From: a bacterium | GTDB taxonomy: Bacteria > Patescibacteriota > Microgenomatia > UBA8517 | Length of the DNA stretch: 64,000 nt | Direction: 5' to 3' | Assembly (NCBI GenBank): GCA_021824915.1 | Contig: JAKAJP010000022.1 | Span: 23,832 to 87,831, forward strand | Shown: piece by piece, positions 1 to 10,785 of the stretch | Position numbering within the stretch: the stretch's first letter is position 1 | Layout of the letters: each line of letters begins with the position of its first letter | Made by a program: the position numbers and the translations under genes | The notes under the pieces: generated by a model | Told to the model about the DNA's origin: nothing | The model's database searches: none | What the model saw: the letters and a program-made list of their open reading frames with translations, nothing else

Positions 1-2
1 CG

Positions 3-755
3 GGTCATGTAGGGGGAATTGGTTACAACCAAGAAAAACCTGCAGAGCTATTTGACGACAACATCTTAATGGGAGTGAATGCCATAAAAGCTGCCAAAAC
101 CCGGGGAGTTAAAAAATTCGTAGCCATCGGAACAATTTGCGCCTATCCAAAATACACAAAGGTGCCCTTCAAGGAAAGTGACCTTTGGAACGGTTACCCG
201 GAAGAAACAAACGCACCCTACGGTCTCGCTAAAAAGATGCTTTTAGTGCAATCGCAGGCATACAGAAAGCAATATAACTTCAACTCAATTTTTTTACTCC
301 CCGTAAATCTCTATGGACCCGGGGATAATTTTAACGAAAAATCCTCGCATGTAATCCCAGCCCTAATAAAAAAATTCATGGACGCAAAAGATAAAAATTC
401 AAAGCAGGTCGTAATTTGGGGATCCGGAAAACCGACACGGGAATTTTTATATGTTGAGGACGCCGCCTCCGCAATATTAAAGGCAGCAGAAAAATATGAC
501 AAATCAGATCCTGTTAACATTGGATCCGGCGCTGAAATATCCATTAGTCGGCTTGCAAAATCGATTGCTAAAATATTGAAATTTGACGGTAATATTGTTT
601 TTGATAAATCGAAACCCGACGGACAACCACGAAGAAGACTGAATGTAACCCGTGCCAAGAAAGAATTTGGATTTACAGCAAAAGTGAAATTTCAAATCGG
701 ATTAAAAAAAACAATTAGTTGGTATTCAAACCAGAGGCAAAAGGGTTCTATCTAA
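3..755 (+). CDS. fcl: GDP-L-fucose synthase (5' partial, runs off window)
   Basis: Frame is open from nt 3 (GHVGGIGYN...). Motifs [45 protein letters not shown] and KPDGQPRR are typical of Fcl/WcaG. Confidence 0.93.
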   Translation, partial: GHVGGIGYNQEKPAELFDDNILMGVNAIKAAKTRGVKKFVAIGTICAYPKYTKVPFKESDLWNGYPEETNAPYGLAKKMLLVQSQAYRKQYNFNSIFLLPVNLYGPGDNFNEKSSHVIPALIKKFMDAKDKNSKQVVIWGSGKPTREFLYVEDAASAILKAAEKYDKSDPVNIGSGAEISISRLAKSIAKILKFDGNIVFDKSKPDGQPRRRLNVTRAKKEFGFTAKVKFQIGLKKTISWYSNQRQKGSI

Positions 756-1793
756 AATTGGATTAATATCAAATTCTTTTGCCAGTACAATTGCATTTTT
801 TCGGGTATTAATCCAAAATTTTCGATCCATCAAAAACTTTTCGATCGCGTTGAGTAGTTCCTTCTCATTTAGTTTAATCACCACCCCTGCGTTATATTTT
901 TTAATATCAATACTTGTCGCAACCGCGTCTGTAATTATTACGGGAGTTCCACAAGCAAGATATTCCCTGGTTTTCTTCGAATCCCCATAATAAACCCATG
1001 AGTATTCCTTTGAATACGAGTAAATAGAGAGCGCCAAAATTGATTTTGAGACTTCCATTAAGAGTTTGGCATTAGAAAGCTGACCGACCAGTAAAACGGA
1101 TTTATCAATACCCAAACTATTAATTCTCGCCTTTAATTTATTCTGATAACCGCCCGTTCCAATAATTGTAAGTTTTACTCTCGGGAATTTGGAATGGACC
1201 TTCTTAAACACTGAAAGAACCAGATCCAGCGAACGGCTATGCGTCAAGCCCGAAACCATAACAATTTTGTTCCTGTCTATTTTTCCGGCATTCTGTCTTG
1301 GACATTTTCCGAAAGATGGAGAGTTTGGGACTAACTTAATTTTTGAGAAACTAATTCCCTGTGCCTTCCGCAAGTCGACAATACGGCTTGAGACATTCCA
1401 AACCTCATCTGAGTTTGTGGCGGCAAATCTGTCAATCCAGAGATAAATAGAATTAATTAATTTGTTTTCAAACCTTGTCGGGGTATAGTCAACGCAATAA
1501 AAGACGGTCTTTTTCAAAAACCCTATTTTTCTAAGAATAACGCCGGCAAAAGCGTTTAACGGGTCTATACCAATAAAAATATCAACTTTATATAAAATTG
1601 TCTTAAATAAGGTCGTTAAAGTTTCGGAAAATGACTTTATCGGCAGAGGCAGAATTGATGTAAGAGGGTATTTTATTACTTGGTGTTTTATTTTCTTTTC
1701 TACCAAATAATTCTCCACTACATCAATCGGACCGTATACCGGACCTGAACTAGTGGAATAAACGTGGCTTACAAGTAAGACCTTACTAGACAT
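726..1793 (-). CDS. GT4-family glycosyltransferase
   Basis: GT-B C-terminal motif [13 protein letters not shown] and IIGTG. Start set at MSSKVLL, which overlaps the upstream stop. Confidence 0.8.
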   Translation of the reverse strand: MSSKVLLVSHVYSTSSGPVYGPIDVVENYLVEKKIKHQVIKYPLTSILPLPIKSFSETLTTLFKTILYKVDIFIGIDPLNAFAGVILRKIGFLKKTVFYCVDYTPTRFENKLINSIYLWIDRFAATNSDEVWNVSSRIVDLRKAQGISFSKIKLVPNSPSFGKCPRQNAGKIDRNKIVMVSGLTHSRSLDLVLSVFKKVHSKFPRVKLTIIGTGGYQNKLKARINSLGIDKSVLLVGQLSNAKLLMEVSKSILALSIYSYSKEYSWVYYGDSKKTREYLACGTPVIITDAVATSIDIKKYNAGVVIKLNEKELLNAIEKFLMDRKFWINTRKNAIVLAKEFDINPILDRTLLPLV

Positions 1794-2664
1794 TTTGGGT
1801 AATATGCTCAAAAACTTTCTTAATCCCGCTCTTTATATCCGTCGCGGGCAGCCAACCAAACTCGCTTTTTAATTTTTCAACCGAATAAATAACTTCTCCG
1901 ACTTTAGATTCATCAGAATTCTGAAAATCAATCTCACACTTTCTTCCACTAATCTTTTCTAAAATTGAAACGAGGTCTAAAATCGAATAATATTTACCAG
2001 TTCCAACGTTATAAATGCCATCAAAATTACCCTCCAAAGAACGTTTAATTAACTCGGAGACGTCATCAACAAAAACCAAATCCCGCTTTTGTTTTCCATC
2101 TCCGTAAATTGTCACTCCTCCCGATTTAATAAAATCGTGGCATAAATTATATATAACCCCCTTTGTATTCCCGGGTCCGTAAATACTGAAAAACCTGAAA
2201 ATTGTAGCTACACCACCATCCTCTTTTGACCACTTCCTAATCATTATCTCGGCTTCAAATTTACTTTCACCATACTCAGTATCCGGATGACAAGTATCAG
2301 TCTCCCTAAACATCTTTCCATTCGAGTCACCATATACTGCTATCGTCGAAGCAAAAATAAATTTTTTAATTTTAGCCGACCTGCAGGCACTAATTAAATT
2401 GGCGGTGGTTTTGATATTTCCCTCCTCCATCGAAGTTTTCCCCGACAAAACCTGACCCGCCAGATGAATAACAACGTCAACGCCATCCAAAAAATTATCA
2501 AGACCTTCCCCATTTAACAAATTTCCTCTAACCACCTTAATTCCATCGGGATAATTATGTCCGTCGAAATCCAATACCACCAGCTGGTGTTTCTCTGTAA
2601 TTAAGCGAGACAGAAGATGACTTCCAATAAAACCCGAGGCGCCGGTTATGGCTACTTTCATCAT
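1786..2664 (-). CDS. NAD-dependent epimerase/dehydratase/reductase (extended SDR)
   Basis: TGASGFIG, HLAG, YGESK (YxxxK), IYGPG, GDGKQKRD. Confidence 0.88.
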   Translation of the reverse strand: MMKVAITGASGFIGSHLLSRLITEKHQLVVLDFDGHNYPDGIKVVRGNLLNGEGLDNFLDGVDVVIHLAGQVLSGKTSMEEGNIKTTANLISACRSAKIKKFIFASTIAVYGDSNGKMFRETDTCHPDTEYGESKFEAEIMIRKWSKEDGGVATIFRFFSIYGPGNTKGVIYNLCHDFIKSGGVTIYGDGKQKRDLVFVDDVSELIKRSLEGNFDGIYNVGTGKYYSILDLVSILEKISGRKCEIDFQNSDESKVGEVIYSVEKLKSEFGWLPATDIKSGIKKVFEHITQNV

Positions 2665-2679
2665 AATAAGGCCAACATG

Positions 2680-3696
2680 TCACAAAAAACCTTCTTTAAG
2701 TAAAATTTTCTGAAGATCAGCCTTGGTAAGCCTATTGGTTATATCAGATGAATAACGTGTCACACCACCCGCCCTCTTTTTGGTTTTATATTTTGCTTCG
2801 ATAGCCTCAATTTTTATTTGAGGCAAAACAATAAAATAATCGCCGGCATCAATGGTCCTGGATAATTCATGAACCGGTATCAAAGTCTCATGAATCTTCT
2901 CCCCGGGCCTTACCCCAATATTCTCGACTTTTGTTTTACTGCTACCAAGATGTTTAATCATCACATCGGCCAAATCTGAAATTGTGTGACCGGGCGATTT
3001 CCTGACAAAAACTTCTCCTCCAACACCTTGTTCAAGAGCGGCCAGGACCAAATCGACACTTTCTGAGAGACTCATCATAAACCTAGTCATGTTTGGATCT
3101 GTAATTGTAACCGGTTTGCCTTCATTAATAAGTGATTTAAAAAGTGGAACTACAGACCCGCGCGATCCTAAAACATTTCCGTATCGTGTGTTTACAAAAA
3201 CAGTTCTTTTACCGGTATTGTAAAGATTTGCCGTAGTAATAAGTCGTTCCTGAAGAGCTTTGGCCATGCCATACGCGTTTACCGGTTCTACAGCCTTGTC
3301 GGTGGAAAGAGCAACCACCTTATCTACATTTTCATCTCTGGCTGCCTCTATCAGATTTTCAGCTCCAATCACATTGGTCTTAATTCCTTCCCAAACATTA
3401 TATTCAACCTCTGTAATCCACTTTAGAGCTGCAGCGTGAATAATAATATTAACTCCACGAACCGCTTCCCTGATACTCCTAAAATCCCTAATATCACCAA
3501 GAACAAACCTCAACCTGGGTTCATTTTTGTACTCAAGTCTCATAACTCCCTGCTTATCCTCGTCACGGCTAAAAACAATTATCTCTGCCGGACCAAGTTT
3601 CAAGATTTCCCGGATAAACATCTGGCCAAACGACCCCGTTCCTCCGGTTACCAGAACCCGCTTTCCCCTGATAATTTTTTGCCTAGAACTGACCAT
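2680..3696 (-). CDS. UDP-GlcNAc 4,6-dehydratase, CapE/FnlA/PseB-like (Polysacc_synt_2)
   Basis: TGGTGSFG, FSRDEDKQ, HAAALK, STDKAV, TRYGNVLGSRGSV, MTRF, RPGEKIHE. Confidence 0.88.
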   Translation of the reverse strand: MVSSRQKIIRGKRVLVTGGTGSFGQMFIREILKLGPAEIIVFSRDEDKQGVMRLEYKNEPRLRFVLGDIRDFRSIREAVRGVNIIIHAAALKWITEVEYNVWEGIKTNVIGAENLIEAARDENVDKVVALSTDKAVEPVNAYGMAKALQERLITTANLYNTGKRTVFVNTRYGNVLGSRGSVVPLFKSLINEGKPVTITDPNMTRFMMSLSESVDLVLAALEQGVGGEVFVRKSPGHTISDLADVMIKHLGSSKTKVENIGVRPGEKIHETLIPVHELSRTIDAGDYFIVLPQIKIEAIEAKYKTKKRAGGVTRYSSDITNRLTKADLQKILLKEGFL

Positions 3697-3713
3697 ATCG
3701 GTATTTTAACCCG

Positions 3714-4526
3714 TCATCGGCTTCCTAGCAAACCATACAAAAAACCCAAAGCCGCCGCCGCCATCTCAAGTCCTTTAAGAATAAACATGCAAGAAGCTAA
3801 AAACGGATATTTAATTAATCTTTTCCATTTCTTAATAAAAACCGGTCTTATAAGCATGTTCCCCTGGGTTGACAAAAGTTCGGGGTGTTTTTTAAGGTAT
3901 ATCCTTGCACGGGAGGCATAATAAAACTTCTTCTTAGCGCTTTTAAGTGGAGAAAAATTTCCCTCGTTGTGAAGTATAAAGCTCCTTACTCGCCCAATTT
4001 TTACTCCCTTCCGTCTCATTCTATACGGCAAATCATAGTCTTCGGGTCCGGTTATCGAAGTGTCATACCCGCCAAATTTTTGGAAAACATCTTTCCTAAA
4101 AAACCTCGCGGCTTCAATTGAAGAATCGCCAACATAAAAACTTCTTTCAAAGGCTTTTACCTTTGCCCAAAATCCAACCCCGACAGATCTTTCAGGAACC
4201 ACAAGAGCTCCATAGGTTTCATTTTCAAACTTCTCTAATCCGTCAAACAAGACGTCCTTTGTCAATTGCATATCCGCGTCAAGAATTAGAACATATTCGC
4301 CTACTGCTTTTTCAACCCCCAAATTTCTCTGAACACTTCTTTCCGGGCCCTTCTGGAAAATTCTTGCACCGTATTTTCTCGCAATTTCTAGCGTTTTATC
4401 TGTCGAAAAATTATCAACCAAGACAACCTCGTAATCGCGTATCGATTGGTGTTTTATACTTTCCAAAAGGTTGCCCAAAACCTTTTCTTCATTTTTTGTA
4501 GTTACTATTACAGAGATCTTTTTCAT
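3714..4526 (-). CDS. GT2-family glycosyltransferase
   Basis: SVIVTTKNEE, VDNFSTD, LDAD, GPEDYD. Start set at MKKISV. Confidence 0.88.
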   Translation of the reverse strand: MKKISVIVTTKNEEKVLGNLLESIKHQSIRDYEVVLVDNFSTDKTLEIARKYGARIFQKGPERSVQRNLGVEKAVGEYVLILDADMQLTKDVLFDGLEKFENETYGALVVPERSVGVGFWAKVKAFERSFYVGDSSIEAARFFRKDVFQKFGGYDTSITGPEDYDLPYRMRRKGVKIGRVRSFILHNEGNFSPLKSAKKKFYYASRARIYLKKHPELLSTQGNMLIRPVFIKKWKRLIKYPFLASCMFILKGLEMAAAALGFLYGLLGSR

Positions 4527-4527
4527 T

Positions 4528-6456
4528 TTATGGACTTGTCGCACAAGCTATGCCATGAACAAACAGGGTGTCGACCTTTGTACCCAATATGGCGGTATTG
4601 CCACATTGGCTATTATTTCTAACAAACTGAACAGTGTAATTCAGATCACTAAGCTTAGGATCCTCCCAAGTTTTTAGCTTCAACACTTGGAATTTATTTT
4701 CATCGTATTTGGACAAAGTTGCCCTAAATGTATCTTCATAATACCACCAAGGATACCAAGCAAATTCGTAAATTTGGACATTTTTTGGTTGTATGCCCGT
4801 TTTAACAAGTTTTTCCGCAGTCACCCAAACTACTCCATTGGTAGTATGAAAAATCTTGGTATTAATAAACGAAATAAATAAAACAAACAACACCGCCAAG
4901 ACTGATAAAAATTTATTTAATCCAAACTTTTTTGCAAAAAGTGCCAAGCCAATAAAAACAAATGGCACAAAAGAAATGACGTATTCAAACCAAACATATG
5001 GCAAAGTAATTGTAATTAAAAAAATGGAAATAAAATTAATGAAAAGAAAAAGTTCGATCGACCTTTTTAAATCAAACTTCCTAATTCTCACAAAAAAGCC
5101 GGCGCTTACAACTAATGCCACTAATATTGCAAGTGTTACTAAAAAAAGCCACGATCCGGTAACAATCTCATTAATTGAGTACTTAGGCGAATCGTTAAGA
5201 TAAATCTTGTAAAAATAAACTGAGAAATATGCAATATCGAGAACTACTGCGCCAACATAAAAATAGATGGGCATACGGGGCTTTAGATAAAAATATTTCT
5301 TCCAAAAACTCCTACCCAAACTCAATAACATGATTGAGGCAAACGGAATTGACAGGAGCACTGACCTGTCCCAAAGTATTCTATACCAAATCGCATCATG
5401 CCCACCCCAGAAATTTATAAAACTGAAAATTTCAATCGGGAAAAAAGCACCTTCAAATTTCGGAAAAATCATTTTTGAATACGGAGGAAGATAAAAAACA
5501 AAGGCAATAAGCCCGGCAACCAAAATGAAAAAGACTACGTTCATAAACTTAAACGATTTTTTGATGTGATCTAACTTTAACTTGTAAATCAAAAATGCCG
5601 GCCAGATAAGCCCAACAACCTCCGCAAAGTAAATTCCTATTCTATTAAAAGTTTCTGCATAATACCTTGATACCATACCAACTTTTTGAAGGCTCTGCGG
5701 CCATATCAAATTCTTAAGTATATAAAGAGTTCCTTTATCCCAGGAGAATATCTGAGCCAAAGTTTTATTTCCATCTAAACTTAACCAATACGAATAGGTC
5801 AAAATTGTGACAATGGGAATTGCTAATGACCAGATGATATATTTCAACAATCGCTTAAAATTTTTATCATTGGCGGCCTTGAATACAAATATTATTAGTA
5901 TTGATGGAACAATAATTATCGCAGTCTGACGAACCAAGAAAGAGAAGCTCAAAAAAACGCTTCCTATCAACAACTTACTTAGTTCGTTTTTCTCAAAACC
6001 ACAAATATAGAAATATAGTGAAATCATAAATAGAGAAATAAACGGAATATCTGTCATAAAACTGTAGGCAAATAGAAGGTTCCAAGGAAATGCAAAATAA
6101 AGAATTGAAAAAACGGTAGATTCAAACCTTCCAACATTCAGCCTCCTTAAAATTCCATAAAAGGCAAGTATTCCAAAATAAAAAATCGTTACTGTTGAAA
6201 TTGTTAAAGCCTTGAATGAAAAACCGAAGATTTTAGAAAAAAGTGTCCCCCAATAAGCTTGGAAAATTAAAGTTGCAGTCGACCATTCACTGATCTTCAA
6301 ATACCCGTCAACAACAAGATGTTTAACGGTTTGAGAATAGGCAAAATCATCAAGGAGTGCTTTTCCGTAAATTGGGTTCATCAAAATAAACACACCCCAA
6401 TAAACAACTGAGATAATAATTACACCAAGCGATATCCGCCTCAACATCTTCTTCAT
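4528..6456 (-). CDS. Polytopic GT-C membrane glycosyltransferase (PMT_2/ArnT-like)
   Basis: Acidic LLDDFAY loop after the first TM helix, SFMTDIPF, LVRQ and many TM segments. Confidence 0.7.
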   Translation of the reverse strand: MKKMLRRISLGVIIISVVYWGVFILMNPIYGKALLDDFAYSQTVKHLVVDGYLKISEWSTATLIFQAYWGTLFSKIFGFSFKALTISTVTIFYFGILAFYGILRRLNVGRFESTVFSILYFAFPWNLLFAYSFMTDIPFISLFMISLYFYICGFEKNELSKLLIGSVFLSFSFLVRQTAIIIVPSILIIFVFKAANDKNFKRLLKYIIWSLAIPIVTILTYSYWLSLDGNKTLAQIFSWDKGTLYILKNLIWPQSLQKVGMVSRYYAETFNRIGIYFAEVVGLIWPAFLIYKLKLDHIKKSFKFMNVVFFILVAGLIAFVFYLPPYSKMIFPKFEGAFFPIEIFSFINFWGGHDAIWYRILWDRSVLLSIPFASIMLLSLGRSFWKKYFYLKPRMPIYFYVGAVVLDIAYFSVYFYKIYLNDSPKYSINEIVTGSWLFLVTLAILVALVVSAGFFVRIRKFDLKRSIELFLFINFISIFLITITLPYVWFEYVISFVPFVFIGLALFAKKFGLNKFLSVLAVLFVLFISFINTKIFHTTNGVVWVTAEKLVKTGIQPKNVQIYEFAWYPWWYYEDTFRATLSKYDENKFQVLKLKTWEDPKLSDLNYTVQFVRNNSQCGNTAILGTKVDTLFVHGIACATSP

Positions 6457-8567
6457 GGCAACTTCTTTAATCCCGTAATTGATATTTCAGCGTTTTGAAA
6501 AATACAGGCGTTTCCAACTTGGGGATCTACCAAAAATATCTGAGCTTTTCTTCCCGGGAACAAAAAAACAAAATTATTATCCGTCCAACCGGTGGCCGTA
6601 ATCGGAACCTGAGGAGTATTTATTGGGTCTGGCTCCTGAACCCATTTACCACCATCGGAGAGAATTGCCACATAACCCGGCTTTGCGTTTTGACACTGGA
6701 AATTTCCGTGCTTAATCTTTATCCCTGTAAGATAAACTTGTTTACCCATATCAATCTTCAACTGAAACCCTGTTGCGTTTTTCTCAAAATTAATAGACTT
6801 CGGTTTATACTGAGCCTCTTCCTTAAATTCTGGTCTGGTATGTGCAAGATCATTTTTCCAAACCTTCAAAAGCGGTACGCCGTCAACACTTGCAATATAA
6901 ACAGGCTCCAAATATTTGTCGTAATATTGAAACGAATACCAATACTTAGGGGGCCATTCAAAATCCATTTCCATTTCATATTCGCCTGCCCTATTTGTTC
7001 CACTCCAATAAGCGTTGGAGAAATCTATATCACTTCTCAACTTCAACCGGGGAACGTTTATCATGTTGGCTATAGGAAGACCCAGCTTGGCGTTTGGTTC
7101 AGCATTCTTATTTAGCCAATTGACGCCTTGCATATAAACATTTCCGTAGGTGTTTCCCCAATAAGGAATGTTTTTGTCTCGCGCTCCGCGAATACCGCCG
7201 ACTATTTGATTGAAATAGACATTCTCGTTGGGATGTATTTTAGCCATCTCATAAACCGAAAAAGCTAATCCCAAAAACATGACCGCATAAGCAAACTTTT
7301 TATTCCTAAGGGAATCTGCTAAAGCTTTTGCTCCAATGCCTGCAAGGATTGCCATAGCCGGAACAAATTCCATTATTTGCCTAACTCCGCCGTAAATACC
7401 GGCATTGGGATACGACGCTCTAATTACCGGTATCAAAAACCAAAGAACAACAAAAAGATAAAATCCGTCACGTCTTCTTAAAAAAATAAATAAACTTGCC
7501 AAAAGACCAAACATAGATAGAAATAATATTGGCACTTGGGTTGTATAGATTATCCAGAGAGTGGGATAAGTATTCCATCCGTGAACTATAAACTTAGACA
7601 TCTCACCTGGCGTCCCGGTACCTATTTGCTCATAAAAACCGAGGACCTTCATAGCCCCACCCATAGGGTCGTGCCATAAAAACGGCCAAAGAATATAGGT
7701 CACCCCCAAAACAACTGGTATATAGAAAAGTAATACGATCAAAAGAGGCCAAATCTTTTTCAAAGAACCAAATCTCTTACGCTTTAGAAAGATTTCCCGA
7801 TAGACTACAAACACGAGCCACGGTCCGATTACAAGCACTGAGAATAAAAGATTTAACTTTGTCCCTAACGCAAATCCAGCAAAAACCGCCGAAGCCAATA
7901 AAATCTTCCAGTTGTTTTTTTCGATACCAAAATAAAAAAGAATTAAGGTTAAGCCAAATAACGCCGCTTCAGGAGGATCTTTTATATTAAAATGGGATTC
8001 AGAAAAAAATAACGGATATGAGGCCAGAGAAATCGAAGAAATTAAAGCCGGAACAACTCCCAACTTCTTAGTGACAAAAATAAAAACTGCAAGAACTAGA
8101 ACCGAGCTCAAAAAAATCTCGTAAAAATGATAAGACTCCAAGTCCCCCATTATCCCCAACTTTTGGTAGAGGAGGTAGTTAAATCCTGCTGCAAAAATAT
8201 CACTTATGGGTGGATGACCCTCGTCATTTTTAACAAAATATTCAAAATTGTAAACATCAGAGGCAAAATAGCTCCTCCTAATGTTTGAGTTATTTGTTTG
8301 TTTGCTTTTTATAGCTTTATCAAAAAGCTCCGACTCACCCTTCAGACTTACAAAATCAGACGAACCCTTAAGTTGTGGGTAGAGAGGAAGATCTAAAAAA
8401 TTTGTTTTGCCAGTTAAAAAATAATGAAGATACGCTTGCCCTCGCTGAAAATGGAATGGTTCATCCCAGTTAATTCCATAATCTTTCATTGTAAAGGTTG
8501 CAATAAAAAGAAAGGCTAGTGCAACAAATAAACCGAGGAGAACCAACCTATTTTTTAGAAACTTCAT
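6453..8567 (-). CDS. GT-C membrane glycosyltransferase with C-terminal extracellular domain
   Basis: YGINWDEP loop, GHPP, SHFNIKDPP, ALGTK, many TMs and a soluble C-terminal beta-rich domain. Confidence 0.75.
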   Translation of the reverse strand: MKFLKNRLVLLGLFVALAFLFIATFTMKDYGINWDEPFHFQRGQAYLHYFLTGKTNFLDLPLYPQLKGSSDFVSLKGESELFDKAIKSKQTNNSNIRRSYFASDVYNFEYFVKNDEGHPPISDIFAAGFNYLLYQKLGIMGDLESYHFYEIFLSSVLVLAVFIFVTKKLGVVPALISSISLASYPLFFSESHFNIKDPPEAALFGLTLILFYFGIEKNNWKILLASAVFAGFALGTKLNLLFSVLVIGPWLVFVVYREIFLKRKRFGSLKKIWPLLIVLLFYIPVVLGVTYILWPFLWHDPMGGAMKVLGFYEQIGTGTPGEMSKFIVHGWNTYPTLWIIYTTQVPILFLSMFGLLASLFIFLRRRDGFYLFVVLWFLIPVIRASYPNAGIYGGVRQIMEFVPAMAILAGIGAKALADSLRNKKFAYAVMFLGLAFSVYEMAKIHPNENVYFNQIVGGIRGARDKNIPYWGNTYGNVYMQGVNWLNKNAEPNAKLGLPIANMINVPRLKLRSDIDFSNAYWSGTNRAGEYEMEMDFEWPPKYWYSFQYYDKYLEPVYIASVDGVPLLKVWKNDLAHTRPEFKEEAQYKPKSINFEKNATGFQLKIDMGKQVYLTGIKIKHGNFQCQNAKPGYVAILSDGGKWVQEPDPINTPQVPITATGWTDNNFVFLFPGRKAQIFLVDPQVGNACIFQNAEISITGLKKLP

Positions 8568-9204
8568 ATGTGGCAATTATACTAAGCACATCAGACCGCT
8601 TTGTCTTTTCCCGAAATCCCATCTTGGATAAGGTTTTATAAAAAATTTCTTCCGTGGACAACCAATGTTTCATAAATCTAATTTCTCCCAAATAGGATTT
8701 TCCGCGCCTTTTAAGAGAAGGCATAAAATTAGCAACGAAAGACGTTGATATGAAATCATAAAAAGACCTAAGGATTGAGCGGTGAGGCTCAATAAAACAA
8801 AGTTTTCCACCATTCTTTAACACTCTTTTAATCTCTTCTATCGCACGATCATACTTCATAAAATGGTGAAAAACAGAATCAACAAAAACCACATCAAAAT
8901 AATTTGCCTTAAAGGGGAGTTTTTCGGCAGAGGCCAAATAAAATTTATTGTCTCTATTTTCTTTCCTCGCAATTGAAAGAAGCTCGGGTGAAATATCAAT
9001 CCCGATCACATCTCTTATACCCATCTTTCTTAATACTTTTACGTTAAGGCCATCACCACAACCCAAGTCCAAAACCCTATCTTTTCTACCAATCTCCAAA
9101 AATGAAATCCGCCTTTTTCTTTCATTGAGATTTCTCCTCGTTTTAATGCAAGCTTCTTCCCAATGGTGAGATTGGCCCCATTTATTAACGTTAGTATTAG
9201 CCAT
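8548..9204 (-). CDS. Class I SAM-dependent methyltransferase
   Basis: VLDLGCGDG, GIDIS, AEKLPF, RVLKNGG. Start supported by TACAAT-N6-ATG. Confidence 0.88.
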   Translation of the reverse strand: MANTNVNKWGQSHHWEEACIKTRRNLNERKRRISFLEIGRKDRVLDLGCGDGLNVKVLRKMGIRDVIGIDISPELLSIARKENRDNKFYLASAEKLPFKANYFDVVFVDSVFHHFMKYDRAIEEIKRVLKNGGKLCFIEPHRSILRSFYDFISTSFVANFMPSLKRRGKSYLGEIRFMKHWLSTEEIFYKTLSKMGFREKTKRSDVLSIIATYEVSKK

Positions 9205-9208
9205 GAAG

Positions 9209-10717
9209 CTATTGTACAACAGGAACGATGTGGGGATAAGTATCAGACTCGGAATTGCTATATTCAATTGATTTTCCCATCACAAAATCCGAGTTTTCCG
9301 CAAAACGAATGGCGTGTGAATATTTAGGCTCCAAAATTACTCCGGATCCTTTTTCTATATCAATTCTTTGTGTCTCTTTAGTCTTAACGTCAATAAGGTC
9401 AACCTTTGCAGATCCACTTGTTAGAAAGAAAAAGACTTTAGTCTTTTTATGAAAATGGTTCCCCATAACTGCGCCTTTTTTCATCGATCCGAGGGATATA
9501 TTTTTCCATTCGCTCCCATTTAATATTTCATTAAATACCCCTCTTTCATCCTCCCTTTTATAAGTTGGCCTTATTATTCTTGCCCCCCTCACTCTTAAAG
9601 ATAAAAGTATCTTAACTACCCGCTCCTGCTGGGATTTTGTTATTCCGAGACCCGAAGGCAAATAAAATCCACGAAGGGCAACATCCTGCGAAACGGGATA
9701 TTTTCTACTTATGTCAGGATATAACGGGTTTTTCCCATTTTTGAAAACCGGCTGCAAACTCATGGATAGATAAAAAAGGTCCGTTCCAACACCCTTCTCG
9801 TTAAGTAACGCCATAACCTCATCGCGTGTTCGTCCGAAAGATTCCTTAATCAAAACTCCAAACATCCAAAAAGTGCTCTTGCCCCATGGCGGAGATTGCA
9901 TGATCTCAATTTCAGGAACGTTCTTGAGTAGTTTCTGATAGTGCCTTGCAATTTCCTGGCGTCTTTTTATTTTTTTATCGATTTTCTCAAACTGGGCATA
10001 GGCAACCGCCGCCTGGATATCAGTCAAACGATAATTAAACCCTATATATCTATGAATGAATCTCGGTTTCTCAAAACCCTGACTCCTTAAAATCCTGGCC
10101 ATGTTGGCAACATTCTCATCGTCAGTTACAATCATTCCACCCTCACCGCTTGTTATATTTTTACTGGCATAGAAACTAAAACATCCGACGTCCCCCATTG
10201 AACCAACCTTTTTGCCACCGACGGTCGCCCCATGGGCCGCACATGCGTCCTCAATTACGTAAAGGTTGTGTTTCTTTGCAATCTTCAATATTGCCTCCAT
10301 ATTCGCAGGGTTACCGTACATATGCACCGGCATTATCGCCCGTGTTTTCCTTGTGATTTTCTCTTCAATTTTAGTTGGATCCATACACCAATATTTATCA
10401 ACATCCACCAAAACCGGTTTAACGCCGGATAATATAGGCATGCTGGCAGAACACATAATCGTAAAATCCGGAATTATTATTTCGTCTCCAGGTCCCAATC
10501 CCAATGAAGTAACCGCAAGATGAATCGCGGTTGTGCCATTACTGCAGGCAACACCATATTTTTTCCCTACCCATTTTGCGAACTCTTTTTCAAACTTTTG
10601 AGTAAACGGGCCATTTGCAGAAATCCAGTTATTTACCTTTATCGCCTCGGTAAGATATTTCAACTCATTTCCATCTAAAACAGGTTCACTGGTGGGAATA
10701 AATTCGCTGTCTGCCAT
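9209..10717 (-). CDS. DegT/DnrJ (perosamine synthase-like) PLP aminotransferase fused to a C-terminal cupin
   Basis: SNGTTAIHLA, PVHMYG, IEDACAAHG and FSFYASKNITSGEGG. The C-terminal ~125 aa read DERG...GNHFHKK...PKYSHA (cupin). Confidence 0.88.
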   Translation of the reverse strand: MADSEFIPTSEPVLDGNELKYLTEAIKVNNWISANGPFTQKFEKEFAKWVGKKYGVACSNGTTAIHLAVTSLGLGPGDEIIIPDFTIMCSASMPILSGVKPVLVDVDKYWCMDPTKIEEKITRKTRAIMPVHMYGNPANMEAILKIAKKHNLYVIEDACAAHGATVGGKKVGSMGDVGCFSFYASKNITSGEGGMIVTDDENVANMARILRSQGFEKPRFIHRYIGFNYRLTDIQAAVAYAQFEKIDKKIKRRQEIARHYQKLLKNVPEIEIMQSPPWGKSTFWMFGVLIKESFGRTRDEVMALLNEKGVGTDLFYLSMSLQPVFKNGKNPLYPDISRKYPVSQDVALRGFYLPSGLGITKSQQERVVKILLSLRVRGARIIRPTYKREDERGVFNEILNGSEWKNISLGSMKKGAVMGNHFHKKTKVFFFLTSGSAKVDLIDVKTKETQRIDIEKGSGVILEPKYSHAIRFAENSDFVMGKSIEYSNSESDTYPHIVPVVQ

Positions 10718-10750
10718 ATTGTCCTGCAATAATGCAATAACTTTCCAAAT

Positions 10751-10779
10751 TTGTCAATCAAATTGAGATCAGCTAGAAT
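10751..10779 (+). promoter_or_regulatory. Sigma70-type promoter for the GT4 gene
   Basis: TTGTCA (10751-10756), a 17-nt spacer, then TAGAAT (10774-10779), 6 nt before an in-frame GTG at 10786. Confidence 0.6.
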
Positions 10780-10785
10780 ATGGCC

